A stretch of 64,000 nucleotides of DNA from Trichoplax adhaerens (lineage: Eukaryota; Animalia; Placozoa): NCBI RefSeq assembly GCF_000150275.1, contig NW_002060944.1, positions 2,208,152-2,272,151 on the forward strand, read 5' to 3'. The notes beneath the pieces are model-generated. The model did not search any database. It was not told where the DNA came from and saw nothing but the letters and a program-made list of their open reading frames with translations. Position 1 is the first letter of the stretch. The number at the start of each line of letters is the position of its first letter. Positions 38,861 through 53,600 of this stretch are shown in pieces. The translations under genes were made by a program, and so were the position numbers.

Positions 38861-41800
38861 TTAGCCGGATAAAAATGTAGATACAAAAACTGTAGTTTTC
38901 ATATTGATCGTTGCATGCCACCAGCCACTTGGAACATAAATTATCTGTACAGTCAGATAAAAGGAAAAATAGAAATACCATTAAGCACAAATGATATTAT
39001 ACTTTTGATTATTAGAAAACTGATCTGCATTGCCCTAAACTTGACATATGAATATAAAAAAATAAAGATTTCTCGCTATCATTTATGGATATTTATAAGC
39101 TTGGCATTGTCTTGAAAGTTCTACTTCATGGGCTATATATGATTAATTATAATGCTCTGCAGCATAGGCATGTGGTCAATTAAGTTCCGTCTTAAAGCAT
39201 TGTCAGTACAACAGTAAAAACCCAGTACAAAGAAAGTCAATGCGATGCATCTTTTGAATTACAATAATTTGCCATCTTATTAATATGAGAAGTAATAGTA
39301 TATCAGACAGAACATATTGGTGTAACTTCATTTGTAATTTGCAAATGCAAAAAAGTTGAGAATTCCGAGTATACATGACTAGGTATTGTGTTTATATACT
39401 TCTTGATAGTACTGCATACAGCTACAGCACAATAATCTCAGATTCGGTAGATACGACAAAGGCTTCTAAAGTGCAGCTCCTCACAATTGACTGAGATGAA
39501 ATAGATTTGCTCATTTTATGGCGATAACGTAATCGGATTACTATACATTGACATCTTCGCCATGCTAGCACCCCGCTGCTTATTAGCCGCAAGAGCTAAA
39601 CTGAAGGCTACATAAGCGTATAACTGACCATCATTAAATTAACTTAATCCTATTTGCTAGCTTAACAGATTCAGTACTATTACTACTATACAACCATAAC
39701 AACATTTAGGATTGATGATAACGCTTGAATCACTGATTTCAAAAATTATTGTGGTAACCGGTATCATCTTATGAGATAATATTGGATCACATTACGTGTA
39801 TAGTCGTACCCATCAACCATCAGCAAAGCGATCCGTAAATACTAGTACAAATATAATTGGTGAATGACCAAGCGAGATTCTCATACCTCGTTCGGTTCTA
39901 CTGAACATTCAAAGGGTTGTTCATTGATGTTTAACTTTGTATACTGGCAGGTAAGCCATTGGAGTGTTGTTTGGTTGGGATCAAATTGCGGTTTACGATT
40001 AGGAGGGTATAGAAGCCAGTGCTAAAATAATAATCAAGTAACATTGCATTTAGATTATTGTGTGAATCGAAGGTGAAAAAGTAACTGTAAATTACTGCAG
40101 TAATAAAAAAATAGCATGTGCACACTTTACGTAAATTTTAAACTTTAAATTATCTGTTAGTATATTATTCTAATTCCAAACAGGCTAACCAAGTAATCAT
40201 ATTTTAGACTATTAGGTACTTCAAATCCTAATGTTGTACCGATAACTAAAAAAATGAACTTGACTAGCATATTTCCAAACATTAAAGTCTAGAATCATAA
40301 ACTGTCCGCAGATATGATAATAACACATGAGCTTAATCTAGCCTTTTTTCCATGGAGAGTTTCACTGAATACAGGTCCATGAAAATGAAAAGGTACTCCG
40401 CTACCAGGACCTACAGACAGAAAAAAATCCTATACATATATAACCTAATCTTCCATTATTGCTACGTTTTAGTTACCATAGTAATCTAGTCTAGTAGATC
40501 ACATAAAAGTAAATCTAAGCATTTATCAACTGTTATAAAGTATATTTATTATTATACTATTATGAAAAATAAAACTGTTAAAAGAAAACGTAGTATTAAA
40601 ATTGCACGTAAATCTCACCCGCAATACCAAAACTTAGCATTGAGGTAAAGCCAGGGATATTATATGGCGGCTTATAATAGTAGGAAAACAGCGTTTTCCA
40701 TTCCGTATGGTTATTGTCTCCAAAGAAATAATATGTGTCTGATAATTATAATATAGTATAACAAAGTTGCTATGATCAGAAAACGCAGGCACAACATTAG
40801 AACGTATTAATTTAGATCAAGCAGTAATATCATAGAGTTATGTGTGATATCATTTAAATTCGCAAGGAAATGATTCGCTAGTTTGATACTTTCTCAAAGC
40901 TAAAGTAATATAATTGTTTCTAAAATACGCAGTTGTACATTGATATTATAAAATAATATCTAACTACAGTACTAGAAATTCCGGTGCGGTAAGCTTAAAA
41001 ATATTCCTACCTACGCCCAGTTCTTCCAGGCTTTGCGGTTTGATATAGTTGTTAACATAATTTGATAAGGTGGTATCAACTATAGCATAATTGGAAAGGT
41101 ACTATTAATAAGAAAGTGACATATTTTGGGAATTTTACATATAGGATATAAAAATATTTTGTGCATAGGTAGTTATGGAGTAAACTTTTGCGCAGCTGTC
41201 GTAACATAAATTCCATAAGAAAACTTATCTACTGTCAATTGCTATGCATAGTAAATTAAATTAGTAGATTCGGCTTCAAGCTATGAATGAATGCTTTATT
41301 GAAAGCTGGCTAGGCTTTTAATAAATAGTAGCTTCGTAAATGCTGATACGGTAAAGGAGTTGATAATTAAGCGGTAATGTACGATGCACAGCAGTATGCA
41401 ATCCGGGACTACAGAGAGAGAGTAGTACTGTACCCTGACGTAATCCATATCAAACGGTATAGATAAGATGTAAACGAGCATAGTATACAGCCAATCTACA
41501 TCGCCTTTTTCCTACTAACCAATGATAAACACTAAACAAGCAAACAAACGCATAAGAATACTTATTAAATGGCGCAATGTAACAAATATAAACTGCTGAT
41601 GCATTTATTTGTAAGTAACATGGATTCGGCATTACTACACGGCCACACCTAGCAGTACGAACATTATCATTTGCATCAAACTTGAACCCTTCCGTTTTGC
41701 GTTGGTGCATGACTGATGTAGATCATCGTGATACTCTGCTTTAATGAGACTAGAGTTGTATTACTGTTCCTCCTGACGATAGGGGATCGTCAGTATTTAG

Positions 41801-43739
41801 AGTCGTACTGTAGGCAAATATCAGGGAGGATAAACCTGATAGTAGGATCATAGTGTTAATTTCTGTAATAGTTTTAATCAGCCTCGTTACAAATTTCGAT
41901 TTGTAACACAGATATATGGGCACCAGATTAGAAATAGTTGTCCAAAAATGCTGTATTGTATTTTTAATGGCATGTTGCATCTCTGAGTGAACATAAAGTT
42001 AATTCGTAAACATTTCAAACTAAGTACACCCGGCCTTGACGTTCTATGTACTACAATACCTCCAGCAGAATACCCTTCTCTTCATCTATACGTGGTAGCT
42101 ACCAATGAATATAACTCTGAAGCTACAACATTAGCCAATCGATAACTATAAATCTATAGCATAGTCGTTGGGTATTAAAATACAGCTTGCAAAATAAAGT
42201 CAGTGAATATATCACTCAACCGGGATATTTTAACTTAGAATAATAATACTGTGAACATTTACTGTTCAAATTCCTTCGATAATTAATTTTATCAACTAGT
42301 TACAAATTAATGGCTGCGATAAAATGCTGGCATAGACAAAGCTTAAATCTACCCGAGTTAGTGTTTTAACACTACCATATTCATCATTTTACTAATCACG
42401 CCACCATCAACCAGTCACCAAATCAGGAACTGTTTCATCATGATCATTATACACGTATCATCACTGACACAATAGATTTGTACGAAGTTGTGTATACGAT
42501 CCTCTAATCCGCCAGTTGCATAAGGATTTACGTACTACAATCTTAGATTTCAAATTTACAATTACATAAAAGTAAAGTGGTTGTACAAAATAGCACTCAA
42601 CAAATTGATTAAAAATTAAAAATTAGATATATAGTATGAGAGTAGTAACGAGGATTAGTACAAGTCTAAGTCTTCGAAACATAAGCGCATTTTTTAACAT
42701 CATTTTAAATACACTTTATCGCAACCTAATTTCGTTTGTAAGCCTTACATTTATTATAGGAATAGGTATTGGCAGAGCTTAGTCGAATAATTTTCGTTCC
42801 ATATTTTGATAACAATTGCTTGCGAGAAGTAAAATTTCTTAACACCTAAACATGAAATAACAGGTCTAAAGTAACCGTAATTAAGAGATTTAATGGGTTC
42901 CCTGGGTGACCCGAACCACAATATATATATTTTATTAATTATAGTTAGATGTACGCAGTTTTAATTTCTGCACTATATAAATGGTACTACATATCCGCAA
43001 TGCAATATTACTATTATATCCATGATGGATGAAACTATCGCAAGAAATCGTCATTGTTCGTATGAGCCAGTTATATTATATTATACATTACAGTAAATAC
43101 TACGGTAGCTCATTTCGCGAAGTATTTCAGATACGCTTTTCCCTTCGACTTTCGTTAACAGTACAAAGCAAAAAACGTTTATATAAAATTTAAGCCAATC
43201 TAATAAATTAGATAATTCGTAGACCTTGTCGATTTGACCAAAATTTCATGTATAAAAGTTTTGCATTATACTGCTGACAAAGATCGACGAGAAAAGTTTG
43301 TCTAAAAAATTCTATTAATAAGATTAAACACGTTCACAATCTGTATAAATTTATAAGATAATAAGTGTTATTTTGACTAACCTGGTTATTCACTGCTTTA
43401 CGCAATATCACGGGCCTTCTGTTAGCGTATCTGTAAATATCAACACCCTCAGCTTTATCCAGATGCATAAAATGTAGTCTTACTAACTGTAAATTGCAAA
43501 CATTATCTTATCGTCCATTGCCTACTTTAGTTACCCTCCTCCTTATAGTACCTGGTTAAAAACTCTTCTTGTTCTATAAGTGCATCTAAAACTTCGATAT
43601 TACATTTCCTTGTTAAATTTGAGTAATCAATGGGTCCTTTTGGTGTATACCTAAAGAGAAATGATTGCAAATCTGCGAAATCAGATCTTTCATCCAATAT
43701 CAATATCACAAATATGGCTGCAGCCGTCATGATTAACAT
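38861..43739 (-). CDS. JMJD8: JmjC domain-containing protein 8, 8 exons
   Basis: YANRRPVILR; IRLSSANTYSYNK; DTYYFFGDNNHTEW; SFGIAGPGSGVPFHFHGPVFSETLHGKK|HWLLYPP; IIYVPSGWWHATINMKTTVFVSTFLSG*. Hydrophobic N-terminus; exact start uncertain. Confidence 0.92.
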
Positions 43740-44164
43740 ACGAGTACAATAGCTCAAATGTACAGTACAATACTATACTGATCAAAAATTTAAAATGCAA
43801 TACAGTAATTATAATTTACCAGCCTCCATTATCCTCTATGCTTTGATAATAACGATGAAAATCGTTTCCCAAACTAGGTTTAACAGTTAATACAATCAAT
43901 GCTACAGACAAAAATATCAAAGAAGCGCTCGAAAAGAATTTTCGATTTGAAACATCCATGAGCTTCACTGCAGCTATGAGACAAAGATAAACTTAAAAAA
44001 ACTTCAAAAAGTATACTGTACAGTATGCGGTAGGCAGTCTGTACATCTATTATTTTACTCACTGTCAGTTAATTCAAAATAAAATTTAATTTATTTATTT
44101 ATTTATTAGAGATAGCTCTGTATAACCGTCGCTTTGGTGTTAAAATTTTCTGTATCAACCAACA

Positions 44165-44432
44165 TGACGTTACAGTGTAATGTACGGTAGCTCACGGTAA
44201 AGTCAACACTACATACCGTACTGTACACTAAGTAATACTGTACTGTACAGTACTGTAAATCACTACTACTAATTTTTTAAATAACATCTACAATCTTGTA
44301 TAACTATTTCCAAGCAGAACTTAGTAAGAGATAATAAGATTCAACATAATATTACCTAAAACTTGGAAAAAATCAGCCAATTTAAAATCGACCGTCTACA
44401 TACTACTGTACAGTAAAGTACAGTATTGTACT
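44165..44432. promoter_or_regulatory. (GTACW)n array upstream of JMJD8
   Basis: Pentamer runs at about 44210-44260 and 44400-44432, 5' of the JMJD8 start. Confidence 0.55.
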
Positions 44433-45289
44433 ATCATATCAAAGTGTTTTGCACAATATTTTGACAGGGACCACTAAAGTAAAAATGTTATCCCTTATTT
44501 AGAAAACAGTTACGAAAGATCCATACTAAGTAGCCATTTTTCGATATTTACAATCTCATCTGGTTAGAAAAGTTCGTCTGTCTGAGGGGGTGATCAGTTC
44601 AGGTCTTCTAGAAGTCCATGACTATACAATGCTCATAGCAATGACGAAATTTAAATTAAATGAGACGCCAAACTCAAAATACACGTTCTCTTTCACGAAT
44701 TAGCTTTTCTCCTCGATCAAATAGTTATCGTTTGATTATAATTATCTAAACTATTATGTTATATAGCATTTTTATCAAGTAGTTTGACTAAAAAATAATG
44801 AAATATCAAACGTGCACTGTTATACTAGATTAAGTGTAGAGCTTACAATCGCCCTCATTCGTAGATAAGATGATTCAGATGATTTATCGTTATCAACTAC
44901 CAAGACACAACAGTAGGGTTGGGGTAAATGTATATATTATATATATATTTATTAATCCACATCGACATTTATTTTTTATAACTATCTGCGTTACTGTTGT
45001 GCACAATCTTACATCAGTAATACTGTACTGTATTAAAAGTACACAAGTTTTTAAATGCAACCCGATTATCTTCTTTTTTTTCAGAACTAGTTGTACATAA
45101 CGGACAATTAGACAACGATCCCTAGACAAGTTTTTATTAATAAAAATCGAAGTTATCAAATCAACTAAATCAGTAAAGTAGCGAATTAGCTAGCATATCC
45201 GAATAGACACTAGAGCAATTGATCAAAGATTAGTTCTTAAATACACAGAACTATAACAATATGAACAGAAATTTCTGTTTACATAATTA

Positions 45290-47672
45290 TTAGACTTTTC
45301 CGAAACGGCGCATATTCTTTTTTTTATGGCGTCTTCTTAAATGTTGGATTTCCATAAATTTCTTTGTACAGTATCTATAGTAATTATATGAAATACAGTC
45401 AATTGCAAAACAAATATGGGTAAATACCAATCTCTATAAAACTTACTTTCTAAATTTAGTATCAACCAGAAAGTCCTCCACAGACATTCTATCACTTTTC
45501 CGAAATTGAGAAGAAAATAATCCTTTCGGTGTTTTAACAATTCTTGCCATCTAGGTAACGATAAGACACATAAATTTTAGAATAAAACTGAACTATGAAG
45601 AGAGAATTAATATATTTAACCTGAAATAATTTCGGTGGATTTCGAAGAACCGTTTTATAGTGTCTTTTAGGATCCAAAACATGCCTCATCTTCAAGATCT
45701 CCAAATCTGCTTCCATTTCAGGTGTTAATGTTGCTGTGCCCGAGTTAGAATCTAGTAGTCTAACAGCCGTCGAACTAGCTTGATGTATCTAAATTAAGGT
45801 TGGATTGTGTGACGTAAGACCACATTACAGTACTGCAATTCTGTCATCAACCAAGAAGTAACAATCATAACCACTGAAATTCAGTGTAAAATTTTTAAGT
45901 ACATATTCCGCATACGAAAATTTTTCCCCGTGCACGAACATTCGTATATCTTGCAATCACAGGCATTAATTATTTGTATAATTATCATTAGTCTCAGTGT
46001 AGTTTAGTACATCATGGGAAACTAGAATAATATTGCATGTGTGTACATGCCTTCCATGCTTATAATTATTCAAGAGCATGAATTGTACTCCTAATTTTAT
46101 AGAGAGACCCGTTAAACATATAATTGTATGATTCCTTCTACTGTATACTGTATGGATAATTATATAACATAAGGTATTTGAATACTTAAACCTGAGTGCA
46201 ATCGCTACTGTAGAGTCTTTACATTGTCAGTAATTCCGTCGATCGTGATTTGCTTGTATCTTACTTTCATCAGTCTCAGATAGCTGCACTTTGCACGCTA
46301 AGTGTTACCAGAATAATTTATTGGACAGCTATTCAAAATGTCTATCCCTAGTTTCCGACCACACTGTACTAACATCAGCATTTCGTACCTACCTATTCCT
46401 TAGCCGCAGATACTTGTACTACACACGTCTTTCCAAGAAGCGAAATAATAGACTACACTAAATTAGCCTATAAACTGAACCATTTACGACCAATGTTTAT
46501 AGATACCATACCCTGTGGTAGTTGCACTATAACACATATTATACCAAGGACCTTACTCCTTCCTCTATACAAGTCCCTTATTATAACGCATATGCAAAAT
46601 TTAATAACTGCAATAGAGTAGATTTTATACAGCAGGTATTATCATTCAAATCTTCCATCATTATCACACTTAGCTTAAGTCATCGACCGCTAGAACCCAA
46701 TGTTCTAGTGGTCCATGACTAAGTGTACAGTAGCAGAATAAATAATTTGGCTCTCGCTTTTCAAATGGATGATGATTTCTAATCCATCGTATAGTTCATA
46801 TGAAGATACTGCATGTAATTAACGAAAAACTCCGACGAATTTGCTATATAACATGTATAAGTAAACTAGAGTCTGAGTGTCCAAAAGGCAAATGTGTATA
46901 ATTACTGTATTGATACCCAGGTTTTCACTAAGCTAGTGAATACTCGTACACCGAGAACATGTCGTATAACCCATAATTATAATACTGTGTTATAGTGCCT
47001 TTCATTTATATTATTATTCCGAAAATAGAAGTTATTATGTTCGCATTTAAATACAGTACACGATAATGTACTTGTATTTCTCTAGTTAGGGGAGCTATGA
47101 TCATCGAAATTTATGAACCATAAAATCGCATAAAGATTTGTAATTAATATGTGATTAGACTGCTATTACTCTGTTATAATTCGTCTTACTTTCTTTCTAC
47201 TGACTGCTTTTACCACTTTTGGAGTCTCCGCCACATGATTAAGTTGTTGTGTCATCATACAGTCGTCATCAGAACGTAATATTCCTGGAGAGTCTGCGTT
47301 AAGATCTACTCCTAGCACTGGTAAAGATTTGCTGCAAGAGAACAATAGATAAGACAATTATATTTTTAAGATTTGAGGTAGTTAAATAAAAATAGAGCAT
47401 ACCTACTGTACTAGTACGAGTACTGCATATGAAAAATATATTATTCAGTAAAGCAATACCATAAATATTTTTGCAATTTTTAATTACGCCGCATTGTATT
47501 CCAAATAGTTCGTGACTTACTAAATACTCAAATGACGGGATGGTGATATATTCACTCCTTTGTCATCTTTCATAATTTCATATAAAACGACATCGATCGA
47601 TTTTCGTAAATCACTTTCAGTAGCTTGGATCACTGGTTCTACTGTTGCTTTCTTTCGCGATAAGCCGACCAT
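45290..47672 (-). CDS. DNTTIP2: Fcf2-domain pre-rRNA processing protein (FCF2/DNTTIP2 family), 5 exons
   Basis: LTPEMEADLEILKMRHVLDPKRHYK...PKLFQ|MARIV...FLVDTKFRK|YCTKKFMEIQ plus a basic tail. N-terminal exons are phase-consistent from the ATG at 47672. Confidence 0.82.
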
Positions 47673-47864
47673 AATTCTCTCTATACTGTTTGTAGTGTAC
47701 GCATACGAACTTGCTGCAATAATTATATACTGTATAACTAAAATTATTTAATAGACCAACGGACTCTCAAATCTCACATTTAAATAGATACTTTTATACT
47801 TTAATTCTATGCAAAATTAAGGTAATCGTCTTCATGATTATTCCGTAAAAATGATATTGTAATT

Positions 47865-48012
47865 TACTGTACTATACTTTACTATACTGTATAGTTGGCA
47901 TACTGTACAGTGTACAGTACAGTAGTAAAAAATTTTAGACACGATTGTACAGTACGGTACGATTCATGAATGATACTGTAAACAGTGAAAGGTTACTGTA
48001 CTGTACTATACT
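47865..48012. promoter_or_regulatory. (GTACW)n array upstream of FCF2/DNTTIP2
   Basis: Pentamer runs about 200-340 bp 5' of the ATG at 47672. Confidence 0.6.
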
Positions 48013-48799
48013 TCCCGTTGTGGGAACCACGACGTCGCTCATATATGCTAATTTCATTTAAAAAATTCAATCATATCCTATCCTGTACGGTGTTACTACA
48101 CACTCACACAATGCTGCCCAAATGCCTAAATGCGACAATATTACAGCTACTCAATTTTCGAAAGCACTGATCTTGCTTCCTTTTATCATATAACGGTAAT
48201 ATGGTACACACGTAAAAGATAAACTGCAGCAGAGTTCTAACATTTACTATACTGTATTTTTATCAATACCTGTTGTACCATGGACAGCCGTTCGAAATGG
48301 AGGAAGATACTCTACAAAAGCCAGCCATATCCCGACAATTTTGTAGATGGATCCTTTTTACAATTATTAGAGAAGAATCGTAAGCTAAGCTTATCTTGAT
48401 AACATTGATTACTGTACGCTATTAACCGTGCAATAAATACAGCACATTATACTGCATAAGTACAGCATTGCAACTTTTACGTACAGTTCTATATAGTTAT
48501 ATATAGTAAAGGAAATACTGTACATGTTGCGTTAAGGTTAAGCCGCATGTAAACAAATATCGTATTTCCCGAAGTATTTCAGAAATAGTTAACTCATTCA
48601 TTTTTTAATAAACATTTAATTAACTGCCTGACGTCGAATTTGGAACGTAGTGAGCGGGTTCAACTAGTACAGTATTATATAAAAAGCTTGTGCGTGAAGT
48701 TTTTCGTCCGACTAGCTATCAATGAACAGAGTCCGTGGGCATACACTGGTTTCCTTAAAATTTATTTATTTTATATCTAATTTCAAATTACCGTACCTT

Positions 48800-51700
48800 G
48801 AGACTCGTAAGCTTTACTCTATTGCTAAATGATAACGCTCACCAATGAGTAAATTCAGTAGCATGGCCGAACATCATGTCACTACACTATCAGCTCACAC
48901 GTAGGTTTAAAAGTCCATGCTTTAAGTATCAATATTTCACGATCAATTTCAAGTGTTTCCTTACTTAGAAATCGGGATCGGAGCCTCACTGCATCGATCT
49001 CGGTGACAGTTTTGGATATTACTATCTGTGTGCAGTACAATATTACATCTCCTCATTCTTCCGAGATAACTCCACTAGTGAATCATTTATTTTCGGTGTT
49101 TCTCTCTTCAGGCCATATCCGCAATCATAGTTTATCCCAGATTTTTGGCAAGGCTGGACTTATCTCGCAACAAATAAGCAGGTAATTTTGTGATTGTTAC
49201 ACAAAATCAAAATAACTAAATGAAAATGAATAGCTAAAAATTAACTGTTGTAGTAGTAAAGTATTATAATGACTAATAAATTGCACTCGTATTTTTCGAC
49301 TAGCGTGTTCATATTCGTTGCGATGTTTGCGTATATGCAAAGGAAATTCCTCTCTCCATATCTTCTAATTGGAATCTCGTCAACTTTAACAGTTGGTGGA
49401 TATATAATAGTAGTCATGGATAGTATTACTTCTCCAGCTGGAAGAATGAACAGAACTCGTTAGTATATGCCCCTTTGGAGAGTAATTTTTCCTGATGAAG
49501 TTTCAGTTTCTTTATTAATAAATGTTGGATATGAATATCCTTGTAAAGTATTTGCAGTAGAGTACTACCACATTTCATAATGATTATAGTACTATGCGAG
49601 TATACTGTAGCAGCCTTTACAACAAATTGATAACAACAATTTTACATTCATATATTATCGTATCTAAATATCTTTTGATTACTTAAAAATCAACTCGTCT
49701 GAAATCTATAATTAGCTAGCAGAATTTAATGGAATACCTGATGAGAATGACTATATGCGTAATTTTTACACGGCATTCTTCGTTTTCATATTTCAAATTA
49801 TCAAATTAAAGTTTAAGTTAGAAAATATACCTACACTGATTAATATACAAACTTCATATTTCACGTCGCTGCTTATTTACAGATGTGGACGATGTAAGGT
49901 GTTCTTTGCTTTTGGCTGGATTTTTGTTTGGATTCTCATCAATACTCCGAACATTGACCTATACCATTTGCAGCGATACAATCTACTCAATAGCGGTAAT
50001 ACTGACTACATCCTAAATTTATCAGAAATTATTACTATATTTAGGAACTTATCTAAATCGTTAACTTGTAAATACCATAACCCACAGAACCGAAAATTTT
50101 TACGCCATATCTTACGTCATATGAAGTTACTCGCGAATCTATTTAAACATGATACTTTACAAACTATAAGTGAACGCGATCTCCAGCATATGCAACTGGA
50201 TGTAATACTTTAGCCAATGATTAATTTTATAATACTCGCTATAATCCTCAATTCCCAATCAGATTTGATAGATGTATCTAATGCAATGCCTCGTATTCGT
50301 CTCTCTTCCATTACAGTTGCTAAGTGATCTTGGAGTAAATATCTGATCCTTATTCTGTTCCTTGTAGGTTCTAATGTTTGTATGCCATCTTGTCTTTCAT
50401 GACTATGGATATGACCAAGCAGACACGTGAGGGCTAATATATGAATAGAGCATTTATTATAATCTTATAATAGTTTTATACCTAATTCAAAGCAATGATT
50501 AGTGATTACCTTGATGTTCATCAATATATCAAAATTTCTAGAACAGGAAAAATATTTCATATTGATGACATTTGATTGCCATTTTGTCTTCGCTTTTAAT
50601 GTCAGTTATACTATATTTAACAACTTGATATATTACAGTATTGATTAAGATTTACGATCCTATAACTGCTATTATGTTTTGATATTCAATTTGTACATAC
50701 CCATTTTGAATGCTCGGTGAATTAACGATGACTTATTATAAGGATTATGCATTAACAATTCATAACTGTTCATTCACACCGTTTATTAATTAGTATATCT
50801 ATTTCCAACTTAAGTTTAGATGATTAAAACCTTAAATAATGACTTTAGACATTACGATGTATCGGTAAATCTACTCATTCATTAAAGACCTTGAGGTAAT
50901 TAGCATGCGATTATAAGTACCAGTGTAATACTTTCATGCACTCACAGGATAAAGCTTACTAAGTAAGAAAATATAAAAAGTAAAGCAGTTTATTACATTT
51001 TGATATCACGAACCTCTGGTAGATGCCATCTAATCGATATTTAAATATACACGCGGTAAATATTAGGACAATGAATACAGCGATTATATTTAGCTGCTTA
51101 GTAATATTTTACATACAATTTGAGATTTAGCAATTTATTACGATTACTTATCATGCCTAGCCTGGCTAATTGTGTGAATGTTTAGATTTATCCGAGTCAG
51201 AATCTAATTTCAGGCAATACCATTCCTATTACAACCGAAATACTATGAATGTAAATGATTACTTCGCATAAATTGCTACCCGAACATATCTAGTCTGCTT
51301 AATTTACAAATTCCTATAATTGAATACCGTCTATGCTATTTATTAACAAGTTTTTGACAGCAGATAACTTAAAAGTCTTGTTAGTTAAAATTGCTTTATT
51401 AGATCTCCGATGAGTAGCCCATGAGACAATATCAACAATCAACCTTTACATACGATCACACCGTGAATCTGTGATATACCCGTAAATAATTAGAAACAGC
51501 ACACAACAATACTCTGAAGTCTGTCGAATATACGCAGTTGTTTGTTGTCTCTGTCATAAACCTGATCTATAAGGCAGGATTACGCGTTTGCTACCAAATA
51601 CAGTTCCATGCGTGTACGTACAATATTGGCAGCTGCTGATATTCTACGCAAGTGTTCTACTCATATTGCCCTAAAATAATATCGTTTTACTTAGATAATG

Positions 51701-53600
51701 TGTCAAACGAAATAGTAAGTGTTTTGATATTGCATAAAAATTTATACTAAACCTACCAATCTATTTACATTCATATAGGGTGTATTCTTCAGTCTTCGCA
51801 TCAGTATGTCTAGCCTCGAGATTACCAACTTTGGAGCATACTTTTGCAACTATTCTATTCGGTTTTCAAATTTTCTCACTTTTGCCTGTCTTCAGAAGTA
51901 AATATCAGGTGCGATATATCTCGGATACAGAATTATAACATGACTTGATACTTCATTTTTGGCAAGTTCTATTCTTGACTAAAAATAGTGAATTACTTTA
52001 CCAAGTATATCTTTGTTATATACGCGTATGTCCATGGTCTTAATGTACATTAGTTCACTCTGATATATTGCTCTAGAGTTCCATTGCCATTCATAATGCA
52101 TAGTACAGTATATCTGATATAATTCTTTATTCAATTTTTTTTATACTTTCAGAAAAAACACGACAGCCGACGGAAATTGTTAACATCTTTGACATTTGTA
52201 GTATGTCTCATATGCTTATGTGCTATCAAGATAGATTATGCATTACTATTCTTAATCTTACAATTTTGTATCATGGTGCTTTGTCCTCTATGGCTACATC
52301 GATTGCAAGCATTTAAAGAGTTAGTAAAGCATTTTATGTCGCCTATGGTAGATTAAAGTCGTAAAATGATTAATGGAAAGTATTTATTGTTGCAGTAATA
52401 TTCACGGACCTTGGGATGAAGCAATAATTGTTGAATAGAAAATGTTCTGAAAATTTTAATGATAAAACTAATTCAAATGATGAAGCATGCCTCCAATTGA
52501 TGAAATTAATGATGATAGTTAGCTGAATACCGAGTTATATTAATTGTAAATAAGAACCGTTTCCAATGTACTATGATAATTGTTATGAATTATATTCATT
52601 AGTGGACGTGCCACTTCTAAAAATCCTTGATCATATGTAACATATAACTACATTTTCATTATTTGATAGACGCAACTTAAACTAGCTTAATGAGCTTCCA
52701 TACCAGTATCAGACATCGGATGAGAGAAAGAACAGTATTTGATCATGTCTTTTAAATATTTAATGTTTTTAAAATTGAGTAATGCAAGCGGCGTGTTATT
52801 ACCTTGTACATTTTCATTGCTCTCTGCTATATCATGTACCTATACATAATTCCGATAATGCAAAAATATATACATGTAATGAGTTAGAAGACCCTATGCA
52901 CCCTAATAAATAATCGCCGGCCTACGCATAAATCATATCCGAGGTGGACAAGACTTTACTATGACCCTAAATTTTAAAACCAAAATGATTTCATGTTAAC
53001 TAGTCCGAAAGCCTTCTCGCGACCCAAAGGTCTACAAAATCTGTTGTGCTTAGTCCCATCCCTTTTATTCGGCAGTGAAATATTTGATCACCAGTCCTAC
53101 CCAGAAGTATGCGTTTGCGTCGTCCCTACTGATACGTTGTTCGTGTGAAATGGTAAAATATACCATATCTATGCGTAGATATAGTAACTGATTGTCTTTG
53201 ACATACAGTACATCAAATGACTAGTGGAACTGCTTACGATACTTCGCCTGCTTGTTTACTAAGTAAATTATTTCGCTATTCTATCCTACAATAGTACTTA
53301 CTAATTAATTAATAAAGCACTTAAATCGAATACGTAGAACTTCTGACCAAAGTATCTCATGCGAGTAATAAATTAAAGCAGCTACAGTTTTCAGTAGCAG
53401 TAAACATTTGTTGACTCATGAATGTAAAAAGTATGACCCAGTAACAAGAGTGTTAGTACTATGGTCGTATATTCGTAATAACAATGTCGCACTTTGCAAA
53501 CAAAGTGAAAGTGACAATTAATCTCCATTTACCAAGCTTTGTGCGATGGAAGAGTCTCTTAATCAATCGTAAATAGTACATGAATAGCTCAGTCTGTAAA
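48800..53600 (-). other. Unresolved spliced locus (possible orphan gene or lncRNA)
   Basis: Several segments bounded by AG/GT on the minus strand have open frames (e.g. about 50236-50432 LTCLLGHIHSHERQDG...DWELRIIA; about 52803-52839; about 53533-53593). I could not build one continuous frame or recognise a family. Confidence 0.25.

Noticed and set aside
41774-41800. CTGACGA as a hammerhead ribozyme core
   Set aside because: No stem II followed by GAAA; the motif is sequestered in a simple hairpin.
49755-50213. 152-aa plus-strand ORF
   Set aside because: AT-rich, intron-like composition with no recognisable domain; local splice signals favour the minus strand.
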